Shown piece after piece: positions 11,974 through 20,589 of a stretch of DNA of 64,000 nt. The notes beneath the pieces are model-generated. The model searched no databases. It was not told the DNA's origin and saw only the letters and a program-made list of their open reading frames with translations. Where the stretch lies: the NCBI GenBank assembly GCA_029564765.1, contig JAKQPK010000004.1:27716-91715 (forward strand), given 5' to 3'. Source of the DNA: Candidatus Omnitrophota bacterium. Lineage in GTDB: Bacteria; Omnitrophota; Gorgyraeia; Zapsychrales; Aceulaceae. Numbering within the stretch: position 1 is the stretch's first letter; every line of letters begins with the position of its first letter. The position numbers and the translations under genes were made by a program.

Positions 11974-13391
11974 AAGAACCTGTCAAAATCAAAGAAAGGC
12001 CTGCTGTTGAAAGGTCCGCGACGTTCGATGAGGTTGTTTTTGGCTATAGCGAAGAGGAGGCCTTGCAAGAAGCGTCTCGGTGTCTTCAGTGTAAGAAGCC
12101 ATCCTGTAATGACGGCTGTCCTGTTGGTATTGATGTAAAACGGTTCATAGCTCATCTTGCGAAAAAAGATTATCAAGCATCTTACCTTACAATCAAAGAA
12201 AAAAGTAGTTTTCCGTCTATTTGTGGTCGCGTCTGTCCGGCAGAATATCAATGTCGAAAAGCCTGTGTTTTCACGAAGAAAGGGTCTCCTTTTGCTTCCG
12301 AGCGGGCGATCAATATCCATTTTCTTGAAAGATTTGTTGGGGATTTTGGGAATCAGGAAGGGATCGAGACTCCTGCTGAAAATAATAAAGAATTTATCGA
12401 AAAACGCGTCGCGGTCGTTGGCTCTGGTCCCGCGGGATTGTGTTGCGCGGGTGAATTGGCTCGGCAAGGAATCGATGTAACGGTTTTCGAAGGTCTTCAT
12501 AAGACCGGTGGCGTCTTGCGATACGGTATCCCTCCTTTTCGTCTACCTCGAAATATCCTTGATTTCGAGATTGATTATTTAAAGAAATATAATGTCAAGA
12601 TCGTCACGAATTATATTATCGGCAAGACGAAGTTGCTTGATGAGCTGTTCCGCGAGGGTTTTTCCGCGATCTTTTTAGGGCTGGGAGCGGGGATCCCATC
12701 TTTTTTAAATATTGATGGCGAGAATCTGTGCAATGTCTACTCGGCCAATGAATTTTTAACGCGTGTGAATTTGATGGCGGCTTTTCGTTTCCCTGAATAT
12801 CATACGCCGATCAATGTCGGTAAGCACATCATCATTGTCGGAGGTGGCAACACCGCTATGGACGCAGCACGCGTTGCGATCCGATTGCAGCGTATTCACG
12901 GCATTGAGCCAAGCACAACGGTCTTCTATCGGCGAACTGAGCTTGAGATGCCGGCGCGAAGGCTTGAGATCGAACATGCTAAAGAAGAAGGTGTTAAATT
13001 TGAGTTTTTAGTTCAGCCTGTTGCCTTTTCAGGTGATAAGGACGGCAGCTTACAAACGTTACGATGCCTGCGTTGCGAGCTGGGAGAGCCTGACGCCTCA
13101 GGCCGCCGTCGGCCAGTTTCTATTAAAGGCAGTGAGTTTGACACACCATGTGATAGCGCGATCATCGCCTTAGGATTGCAGGCGAACACAATGTTGACCA
13201 ATACAACGAAAGATCTCAAGCTTGATAAAAATAAGGATATCATTGTTGATCCTGAAACGATGCAGACATCGATCAAAGGTGTTTACGCCGGTGGAGATAT
13301 CGTGGGTGGGGAAGGGACCGTTATCGAGGCTATGGGCATGGCAAAGCGGGCTGCTCGGGCGATCGCGCAATACTTAAAAGATAAAAGTTGA
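11970..13391 (+). CDS. nfnB: glutamate synthase small-chain-like subunit (NfnB/SudA type)
   Basis: CLQCKKPSCNDGCPVGIDV ferredoxin-like region, VAVVGSGPAGLCCAGELARQG dinucleotide motif and a second GGGNTAMD motif. Confidence 0.8.
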   Translation: MKEPVKIKERPAVERSATFDEVVFGYSEEEALQEASRCLQCKKPSCNDGCPVGIDVKRFIAHLAKKDYQASYLTIKEKSSFPSICGRVCPAEYQCRKACVFTKKGSPFASERAINIHFLERFVGDFGNQEGIETPAENNKEFIEKRVAVVGSGPAGLCCAGELARQGIDVTVFEGLHKTGGVLRYGIPPFRLPRNILDFEIDYLKKYNVKIVTNYIIGKTKLLDELFREGFSAIFLGLGAGIPSFLNIDGENLCNVYSANEFLTRVNLMAAFRFPEYHTPINVGKHIIIVGGGNTAMDAARVAIRLQRIHGIEPSTTVFYRRTELEMPARRLEIEHAKEEGVKFEFLVQPVAFSGDKDGSLQTLRCLRCELGEPDASGRRRPVSIKGSEFDTPCDSAIIALGLQANTMLTNTTKDLKLDKNKDIIVDPETMQTSIKGVYAGGDIVGGEGTVIEAMGMAKRAARAIAQYLKDKS

Positions 13392-13415
13392 TTTATTAAC
13401 CTACAGGGAGGATGT

Positions 13416-14756
13416 ATGAGTAAAAAGATTGAGCTGTTTTTAGAACAAGTTGTAAAAAAGAATCCTGGTGAGCTGGAATTTCATCAGGCCGTCAAAGAGG
13501 TTATTCATTCGTTGATGCCGTTTATCGAGAAAAACCCTCGCTATGAGCGCGCCAAGATCTTGGAGCGCATGGTCGAACCGGAACGTGTTATTCTTTTTCG
13601 CGTTCCATGGCAAGATGATAAAGGTGAGATCCAGATCAATAAAGGGTACCGCATTGAAATGAATAGTGCGATCGGCCCATACAAGGGCGGACTCCGTTTT
13701 CATCCAAGCGTGAATCTTGGCATTCTAAAGTTTTTGGCCTTTGAGCAAGTTCTAAAGAACAGTTTGACGACATTACCTATGGGTGGCGGTAAGGGCGGTT
13801 CAGATTTTGACCCTAAAGGAAAATCAGATAACGAGGTTATGCGCTTTTGCCAAAGTTTTATGACAGAGCTGCAGCGCCATATCGGCCCTGATACCGATGT
13901 TCCGGCGGGGGATATCGGCGTTGGAGGGCGCGAGATCGGTTTTATGTTCGGTCAGTATAAACGTTTGCGTAATGAATTCACAGGCGTCTTAACTGGAAAA
14001 GGATTAAATTGGGGAGGAAGCTTGATCCGTCCAGAAGCAACAGGATATGGCTGTGTTTATTTTGTTCAAGAAATGCTTAAAACAAAGAAAGATTCATTAA
14101 AGGGAAAAGTTTGCGCTGTTTCAGGTTCAGGAAATGTCGCGCAATACACAACCGAAAAATTGATCGAGCTTGGCGCGAAAGTTGTTACGTTGTCAGACTC
14201 AAATGGTTCGATCTATGATGAAAAAGGGATCGACACAAAGAAGCTAGAATTCATTATGGAGCTAAAAAATGTCACGCGCGGACGCATCAAAGAATACGCA
14301 GATAAATTTGGCTGCAAATATCTTGATGGGCAAAGGCCATGGTCGGTCAAATGCGATGTCGCATTTCCGAGCGCTACGCAAAACGAGATCACTGGCGATG
14401 ATGCCAAAATGCTTGTCAAGAATGGCTGTATCGCGGTCGGAGAAGGGGCGAATATGCCAACGACCTTAGAAGGTATCGAGGTTTTTCAAGAGGCTAAGAT
14501 CCTTTATGCTCCTGGTAAAGCGGCCAACGCTGGAGGCGTGGCGACATCTGGCCTTGAAATGAGCCAGAATAGTCTTCGTTTGTCATGGTCGCGCGCTGAA
14601 GTGGATGAGCGCTTGCACAACATCATGATCAATATTCATGAAAATTGTATTCGTTATGGTAAGGAAGATAGTGGGTACACTAACTATGTCAATGGTGCCA
14701 ATATTGCCGGATTTGTGAAAGTTGCCAATGCGATGATCGATCAAGGGATCGTATAA
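13416..14756 (+). CDS. gdhA: NADP-specific glutamate dehydrogenase
   Basis: GGGKGGSDFDPKGKSD catalytic-lysine region and GSGNVAQY dinucleotide-binding motif. GGGAGG RBS. Confidence 0.9.
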   Translation: MSKKIELFLEQVVKKNPGELEFHQAVKEVIHSLMPFIEKNPRYERAKILERMVEPERVILFRVPWQDDKGEIQINKGYRIEMNSAIGPYKGGLRFHPSVNLGILKFLAFEQVLKNSLTTLPMGGGKGGSDFDPKGKSDNEVMRFCQSFMTELQRHIGPDTDVPAGDIGVGGREIGFMFGQYKRLRNEFTGVLTGKGLNWGGSLIRPEATGYGCVYFVQEMLKTKKDSLKGKVCAVSGSGNVAQYTTEKLIELGAKVVTLSDSNGSIYDEKGIDTKKLEFIMELKNVTRGRIKEYADKFGCKYLDGQRPWSVKCDVAFPSATQNEITGDDAKMLVKNGCIAVGEGANMPTTLEGIEVFQEAKILYAPGKAANAGGVATSGLEMSQNSLRLSWSRAEVDERLHNIMINIHENCIRYGKEDSGYTNYVNGANIAGFVKVANAMIDQGIV

Positions 14757-14786
14757 AGATAATACAGACTATTCGTCACGTTTAAC

Positions 14787-14818
14787 AAAAAACCCTGGCA
14801 TATTTGTCAGGGTTTTTT
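14787..14818. terminator. bidirectional intrinsic terminator between convergent gdhA and dus
   Basis: AAAAAACCCTG-gcatatttgt-CAGGGTTTTTT: stem flanked by A-tract and T-tract, read directly. Confidence 0.7.
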
Positions 14819-14819
14819 G

Positions 14820-15791
14820 TTAAGCAAGAGACTGCTTAAAGTTTGTCAGTTGGCGTATGATCTCATCTGAGTCGTTTAGGGCGATCAGGCCCGCTCGTAA
14901 TCTTGCGATAAACGGAAAGCCGCTTAAGTATCCAGCATAGTGTTTTCGAAAATCTGCCACACCGGTACGCTTGCCTTTAAATTGAACGGATAATCGAAGA
15001 TGTTCGATGCATAGATCGATACGTTCTTGCATTGTTGCTTCGGATAAGTGTTGACCGGTTGATAGGAAGTGCTTTGTCTGCTGAAAGATCCATGGGTTAG
15101 AGATTGCGGCACGGCCGATCATGATGCCATCGCAGCCCATTTCGAAAAGAATTTTCGCGTGCTCAGGGGTTTTAATATCGCCATTAGCGATCAATGGGAT
15201 TGAGATGGTTTTTCGTATTTTTTCAAGCCATGACCAATCAGCATTTCCTCCGTAACCCTGCGAACGGGTACGACAATGGACGGTCAGGGCCTTGGCGCCT
15301 TGTGCTTCAACGATCTTGGCCACATCAAGGATGACAATGTTGTCGTGATCCCACCCTAGGCGTGTTTTAACCGTGACTGGAACCGTAACGGTCGCGACGA
15401 CTTTCTTGATAATGCGTTCAAGTTTCGGGATATTCTTAAGTAGTCCCGCGCCTTCACCTCGGGCGACAAGATTCCTGACCCAGCACCCGCAATTGATATC
15501 TATAAAGTCAGGGCGAATACTTTCTGCGATACGCGCGGCATTCGCCATTGTTTCTTCGTTGGAGCCAAAGATCTGCACGCCAATAGGGCGCTCTTCATCA
15601 CGGATCGAGATCTTATGAAAAGCAGTCTTGACGTTACGGATCAGTGCTTCACTACTAGTAAATTCAGTCACAAGGACATCAGCCCCTAGGCGTTTGCAGA
15701 TGAGGCGAAACGGGGTATCGCTAACATCTTCCATAGGAGCTAAAAAAACAGGATTATGTATTTCGATCTTGCCTATTTTCATAGGCGCCAT
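14820..15791 (-). CDS. dus: tRNA-dihydrouridine synthase
   Basis: IHNPVFLAPMEDVSDTPFRLICKRLGADVLVTEF N-terminal Dus signature. Confidence 0.85.
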   Translation of the reverse strand: MAPMKIGKIEIHNPVFLAPMEDVSDTPFRLICKRLGADVLVTEFTSSEALIRNVKTAFHKISIRDEERPIGVQIFGSNEETMANAARIAESIRPDFIDINCGCWVRNLVARGEGAGLLKNIPKLERIIKKVVATVTVPVTVKTRLGWDHDNIVILDVAKIVEAQGAKALTVHCRTRSQGYGGNADWSWLEKIRKTISIPLIANGDIKTPEHAKILFEMGCDGIMIGRAAISNPWIFQQTKHFLSTGQHLSEATMQERIDLCIEHLRLSVQFKGKRTGVADFRKHYAGYLSGFPFIARLRAGLIALNDSDEIIRQLTNFKQSLA

Positions 15792-15818
15792 TATATCTTA
15801 ATTTTTTTTCTGTGCATA

Positions 15819-15846
15819 TTGAATTGTCGCATTTTACCGTTATACT
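15819..15846 (+). promoter_or_regulatory. putative promoter TTGAAT-16-TATACT ending 6 nt before mtaB ATG
   Basis: Hexamers read directly. The spacing implies a leaderless or near-leaderless transcript. Confidence 0.35.
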
Positions 15847-15852
15847 ATAGGC

Positions 15853-17142
15853 ATGAATCAGAAAGTTAAATTTTATACGCTTGGATGCCGATCGAACCAG
15901 TCGGAAACAGCGGCCTTAAAAAATCTTTTTTTACAGAAAGGTTATGTTGTCGCGCCCGCAAATAATGCCGCGGACATTGCTGTCATTAACACTTGCACCG
16001 TCACAGAGCAAGGGGATCAGGACGCGCGCAAGCTTGTTCAACGGCTTCAGCGGGATAATCCAAAAATAAAGATCGCCTTGATCGGTTGTCAGGCCCAAAC
16101 GCAGAAAGAGGAATTAAAAAAGCTTCCCAACGTTCACTGGATCGTTGGTAATGCAGAAAAGATGAATTTGATCTCTTTGATCGAAGAACTGAAGCCTTTG
16201 CTACATGAACCTCATGTCCGTGTCGGACCTATAACGACCAAAAGTTTCACTATGCCAGCGGCTGCGATAGAGTCATCACGGACTCGCGCGAACTTAAAGG
16301 TTCAGGATGGCTGTGAGTCCTTTTGCGCGTATTGCGAAGTGCCTTTTGCTCGCGGCCCGGCGAGGAGTCGTGATTTTTGTGACATCCTCAAAGAGGCAGA
16401 GATCTTGGTATTGGCAGGGTATAAGGAAATTGTTTTGACTGGGATCAATATCGGCTCCTATTCAAACTCGGATAAAACATTATTGGACGTTGTCAAGAAG
16501 CTCGAGCTTATCCATGGCCTTGAGCGTATCCGCATTTCTTCTCTAGAGCCTAATGCAATTCCCGATGATCTCATTCTTTGGATGGGTACAAAGACAAAAT
16601 TATGTCGACACTTGCATGTTCCGATCCAAAGCGCGAGCGATAGGATATTGCAGATGATGGGGCGCAAATATACCGCAAGCATGCTGGAGACGTTTTTTGA
16701 ATTTGCTTCGCAGAATATTGACGATCTGTGTATCGGGGCTGATGTTATTGTTGGCTTTCCCGGGGAAAACGAGGATGATTTTATACAAACATATGAATTT
16801 CTTGCGGATAGCCCCATCGCATATTTTCATGTTTTCAGTTATTCAAACCGAAAACATGCGCGTAGCCGACATTTTTCTGGCCAGGTTGAAAAAACGATCA
16901 TTCAGCAAAGAAGCGAGATCCTGCATCAGTTGTCCTTAAGAAAAAAACAGATTTTTCTGGACCTTTTCATTGGCACAGTTCAGAAGGTCCTTTTTGAAGA
17001 ACAGAAGAAGGGTTTCTGGAAAGGGCTAACGGATAATTATTTACGGGTTCAAGTTCAATCAAAAGGTGATATGCGTAACCGTATTTGTTCCGTAGAGATT
17101 TATGAACGGCAGGGTGATATCCTGATCGGTAAAATGGTCTAA
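15853..17142 (+). CDS. MiaB-family radical SAM methylthiotransferase (MtaB-like)
   Basis: KFYTLGCRSNQSE N-terminal MTTase domain, CAYC radical SAM motif. No obvious long TRAM extension. Confidence 0.75.
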   Translation: MNQKVKFYTLGCRSNQSETAALKNLFLQKGYVVAPANNAADIAVINTCTVTEQGDQDARKLVQRLQRDNPKIKIALIGCQAQTQKEELKKLPNVHWIVGNAEKMNLISLIEELKPLLHEPHVRVGPITTKSFTMPAAAIESSRTRANLKVQDGCESFCAYCEVPFARGPARSRDFCDILKEAEILVLAGYKEIVLTGINIGSYSNSDKTLLDVVKKLELIHGLERIRISSLEPNAIPDDLILWMGTKTKLCRHLHVPIQSASDRILQMMGRKYTASMLETFFEFASQNIDDLCIGADVIVGFPGENEDDFIQTYEFLADSPIAYFHVFSYSNRKHARSRHFSGQVEKTIIQQRSEILHQLSLRKKQIFLDLFIGTVQKVLFEEQKKGFWKGLTDNYLRVQVQSKGDMRNRICSVEIYERQGDILIGKMV

Positions 17143-17165
17143 ATTATTTTCTAATAGAGGGTTAT

Positions 17166-17642
17166 ATGAATAATAATGATATAAAATTTATGCAATTGGC
17201 GCTTAAAAAAGCTTATCAAGGTGTTCGCCAAGGCCAAACTCCATTTGGCGCTTGCATTGTTCGAAAAAATAAAGTAATAGCGTTAGCCCATAACCGTGTC
17301 TGGAAGACAACTGATATTACTGCCCACGCGGAAGTGGATGCTATCCGTAAGGCTTGTAAAAAGTTAAGAACGGTTGATCTTTCTGGTTGCACCATCTATT
17401 CTACGTGTGAGCCCTGTCCAATGTGCTTTTCGGCTTGTCATTGGGCAAGGATCGATCGTATTGTTTTTGGCGCGACGATATCGGATGCGAAACGCTATGG
17501 ATTCAACGAGTTATGTGTCTCAACGGATCACTTGAAAAGAAGAGGGAGAACATCTGTTGTTCTACGCGGTAAAGTTTTGATCCGAGAAAATCGATCGCTT
17601 TTTTGTTTCTGGCATAAAAAGCATGGCCAAAAGACATATTAG
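17166..17642 (+). CDS. CMP/dCMP-type zinc deaminase (tRNA adenosine deaminase TadA-like)
   Basis: HAEVDAIRKA and CEPCPMC zinc-binding motifs. Confidence 0.75.
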   Translation: MNNNDIKFMQLALKKAYQGVRQGQTPFGACIVRKNKVIALAHNRVWKTTDITAHAEVDAIRKACKKLRTVDLSGCTIYSTCEPCPMCFSACHWARIDRIVFGATISDAKRYGFNELCVSTDHLKRRGRTSVVLRGKVLIRENRSLFCFWHKKHGQKTY

Positions 17643-17683
17643 CCGTTGACCACTCATTATTTCTTGCCTACCTTAAATTTTCG

Positions 17684-17712
17684 TTGACATTTCTCGTAAA
17701 CAGGGATATTAT
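17684..17712 (+). promoter_or_regulatory. sigma70-like promoter TTGACA-17-TATTAT upstream of glycogen cluster
   Basis: Read directly. About 110-nt leader, then AAAGGAGGT RBS and ATG at 17824. Confidence 0.5.
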
Positions 17713-17823
17713 ACAAAATCGTTTCTAACCTCAGACAGTTTATTGACTTACGATATTTATAGAATGTGCATTCTTTGTGGAGTCTTGAATTCGATAAGAA
17801 ATCTACTTAAAGGAGGTCCCGCC

Positions 17824-18135
17824 ATGGACAAAAAGAGTAAAAAAGAAACAAAAGCTTGCTGCAGCAAGATAAAAACAAAAAAGATCGTTTTTCAACTCAA
17901 TGCCGCATCCGCTGCGAACGTTGTTTTAACAGGGGATTTTAACGCCTGGAGCAAAGAAGGCGTTAAGATGAAAAAAGACAAGGCTGGTATCTGGAAGAAT
18001 GAGATCGATCTTGCCCCTGGCCGCTATGAGTACAAGTTCGTTGTCGACGGAAAATGGTGGACAGATCCCGCAAACACCCGCACAGCGATCAATTCTTTTG
18101 GCGATGTTAATTCTGTGATCGAGGTTACAGCCTAA
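17824..18135 (+). CDS. stand-alone CBM48/AMPK-beta-like glycogen-binding domain protein
   Basis: VLTGDFNAWS...GRYEYKFVVDGKWWTDP matches the CBM48 early-set glycogen-binding signature. Start moved to MDKKSKK after a strong SD. Confidence 0.65.
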   Translation: MDKKSKKETKACCSKIKTKKIVFQLNAASAANVVLTGDFNAWSKEGVKMKKDKAGIWKNEIDLAPGRYEYKFVVDGKWWTDPANTRTAINSFGDVNSVIEVTA

Positions 18136-19295
18136 TGCGCATTGCGCTTCTTGCGTGGGAGTCTTTGCACTCCATTCACGTAGGCGGTATCGGCAATCAT
18201 ATTACAGAGCTTGGCTGTGCCCTTGAGCGCAAAGGACATGAAGTTCACGTCTTTACACGCTTAGGCCAAGCTCAACAGCCGTGGTATGAGAAGATCCACG
18301 GCGTTCATTATCATCGTTGCCCATTCGCATCGCATCCTGACTTTATTGAAGAAGTCAATAACATGTGTCGGGCATTTGTTGATGCGGTTTTTCAAACAGA
18401 AAATTATATTGGTGCTTTTGATATCGTTCACGCGCATGATTGGCTGACTGCTAATGCGTTAGCTTGGATCAAAGAAGGGCGTGGGCGCAAAGCCATTTTT
18501 ACTATACACTCGACAGAATATGGGCGCTGTGGGAATAATTTCTTTGGCGGGAATTCTGAGCGTATCCGTCATCTAGAGTGGTATGGAACATACTGCGCGG
18601 ATCATGTTGTGGCTGTTTCTCGCGCGTTAAAAAATGAGACCATGTGGACGTATAGCGTTCCTGATGGGAAGATCGATGTCATTTACAATGGGATCAATGC
18701 GTATAATTATGATGGCTGGATAGATCCCGCCGGTGTTCGTCGGCAGTACGGTATTGGCCCGGTTGATCCGATGGTCCTTTTCGTCGGCCGTATCGTTTAC
18801 CAAAAAGGGCCGGATCTGCTCGTTGATGCTATTCCGCATATCTTAAAGTTCCATCCGAACACCAAGTTCGTTTTTGCTGGGGATGGGGAGATGCGTTGGA
18901 GCATTGAGGAGCAATCAAGACGTGTCGGGGTGCATCACGCGTTAAGATTCCTTGGTTTTACAAGCGGTTGGCGCCTGGTCGATCTTTTTAAGGCAACGGA
19001 TATTGTCTGTGTCCCAAGTCGCAACGAACCTTTCGGCATCGTTCTTTTGGAAGCCTGGAGCGCTGGCAAGCCTGTTGTTGCTAGTTCATCCGGAGGCCCC
19101 GGTGAGATCATCTGGCACGAGGTCAATGGCCTTAAGGTCTATCCGAACCCTGATTCTATCGCATGGGGAGTAGGGACATGTTTTTCAGATTTTGATTATA
19201 CTCGCTGGATGGGTCGCAATGGCCGCGTGGCCGCTGAAACAGTGTTTTCGTGGGATGTTATCGCTGACGAAGTTTTAACCGTTTACCATATGTAG
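18135..19295 (+). CDS. retaining glycosyltransferase, glycogen/alpha-glucan synthase-like (GT4/GT5)
   Basis: MRIALLAWESLHSIHVGGIGNHITEL N-terminus and C-terminal EPFGIVLLEAWSAGKPVV (E-x7-E) motif. TAATG overlap with preceding gene. Confidence 0.6.
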   Translation: MRIALLAWESLHSIHVGGIGNHITELGCALERKGHEVHVFTRLGQAQQPWYEKIHGVHYHRCPFASHPDFIEEVNNMCRAFVDAVFQTENYIGAFDIVHAHDWLTANALAWIKEGRGRKAIFTIHSTEYGRCGNNFFGGNSERIRHLEWYGTYCADHVVAVSRALKNETMWTYSVPDGKIDVIYNGINAYNYDGWIDPAGVRRQYGIGPVDPMVLFVGRIVYQKGPDLLVDAIPHILKFHPNTKFVFAGDGEMRWSIEEQSRRVGVHHALRFLGFTSGWRLVDLFKATDIVCVPSRNEPFGIVLLEAWSAGKPVVASSSGGPGEIIWHEVNGLKVYPNPDSIAWGVGTCFSDFDYTRWMGRNGRVAAETVFSWDVIADEVLTVYHM

Positions 19296-19298
19296 ATC

Positions 19299-20576
19299 AT
19301 GGCGAAACTAAAAACAAAAATATCCGATAAAAAAAATCCGCGGACAAACCGTCTATCGACAACTGCGCAAACAGCTCCTTCATCATTTGTCTTGCAGCAA
19401 CCACCGCTTCAAAATCTGAACTATCAGCCGATCGGCTCTTCTGAATATCATTGTGGCACTTGGCAGAACGCTGTATCTCCTGAGCGAAATCTACAGGCCA
19501 ACAACGAATACATTCCTGTTCAGCCGCCAAAATTACGAAAATCGATCGACCTTAATGATTCTACATTGCCTGATCTCTCGCAAGCAACACGTTTGCGGTT
19601 AATGGCGCGCGATCCCCATTGGATCCACGCGTATTGGCATGTTTCTCCTTCAGCGATCGATGATGCGCAAAGGGTTTTGGGAGGACATTTTAAGCAGTCG
19701 CGTTATGTGTTGCGGATGCATGACATAACCAGTGTTCATTTTAATGGACGCAATGCCAATCGATCTTTTGATATTGAAGTTGATCTAGGTTCAAAGAGCT
19801 GGTATGTGGATACCTGGCAAGACAACGCTAGCTATTGTGCGCAGATCGGCTTAAAAACATCGCAAGGGGAATTTTATCAATTTGCGGAATCAAACCCCAT
19901 TCATACGCCTCGCTCAAGCTTTTCGGATCGCGGTGATCTTATATGGTTAGATGTCAAGCCAGAATCAAGCAAGATGCCGTTCATCTTAGTAGATACGAGC
20001 GGTAAGCGAAGACGTAGCGGCCGGATCCGATGGTATTTAACCGAGGACGATATTCGCGCGTACTACTCCAAATTATTCCCGATACTGCGAAAGATCCTTG
20101 CGGGAAAAATAGGTTTGCGTAAACGACTAGCGCGTCTTCTTGGAAAACATGTTGAAGGGGATGACGATTTACTGCTTAGCCTTCATAATAATGCCTGGAT
20201 CCGAAAAATGCTATTAGGCGCTTCCGAAGAATTGCTTGAGCAGGGAGAAGGCACGGCAAAAGCTCTTGACATTAATGGATCAGTGACGTCCTGGGGAGGG
20301 TCAAGCGAGCGTATTTCAAAACAACGTAAATTCTTTTTTGAGCTCGCTACAGAATTGATCGTGTACGGGCGAACTGAGCCAGACGCACATGTGTTGCACG
20401 GTTCAAAACATGTTCCTTTGCGGCCAGACGGAACGTTCAGTATGCGATTTGCCCTTGCGGATGACGGATTCATTCCTCTTGATTTTAAGGCCATTTCTAG
20501 CGATAAGATCGAGATCCGCAAGATCCTGACATCCGCAAAGCGCGCAAAAACGAACTACCAAACTGAAATTTCCTAA
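19299..20576 (+). CDS. conserved hypothetical protein inside the glycogen cluster
   Basis: 425 aa with W/H-rich DPHWIHAYWHVSP segment and no recognisable catalytic motif. Confidence 0.5.
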   Translation: MAKLKTKISDKKNPRTNRLSTTAQTAPSSFVLQQPPLQNLNYQPIGSSEYHCGTWQNAVSPERNLQANNEYIPVQPPKLRKSIDLNDSTLPDLSQATRLRLMARDPHWIHAYWHVSPSAIDDAQRVLGGHFKQSRYVLRMHDITSVHFNGRNANRSFDIEVDLGSKSWYVDTWQDNASYCAQIGLKTSQGEFYQFAESNPIHTPRSSFSDRGDLIWLDVKPESSKMPFILVDTSGKRRRSGRIRWYLTEDDIRAYYSKLFPILRKILAGKIGLRKRLARLLGKHVEGDDDLLLSLHNNAWIRKMLLGASEELLEQGEGTAKALDINGSVTSWGGSSERISKQRKFFFELATELIVYGRTEPDAHVLHGSKHVPLRPDGTFSMRFALADDGFIPLDFKAISSDKIEIRKILTSAKRAKTNYQTEIS

Positions 20577-20589
20577 ACGAGACTCATGA

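Noticed and set aside
11922-12500. 192-aa minus-strand ORF antisense to nfnB
   Set aside because: Overlaps the conserved GltD-like ferredoxin and dinucleotide-binding region on the + strand. Low-complexity product.
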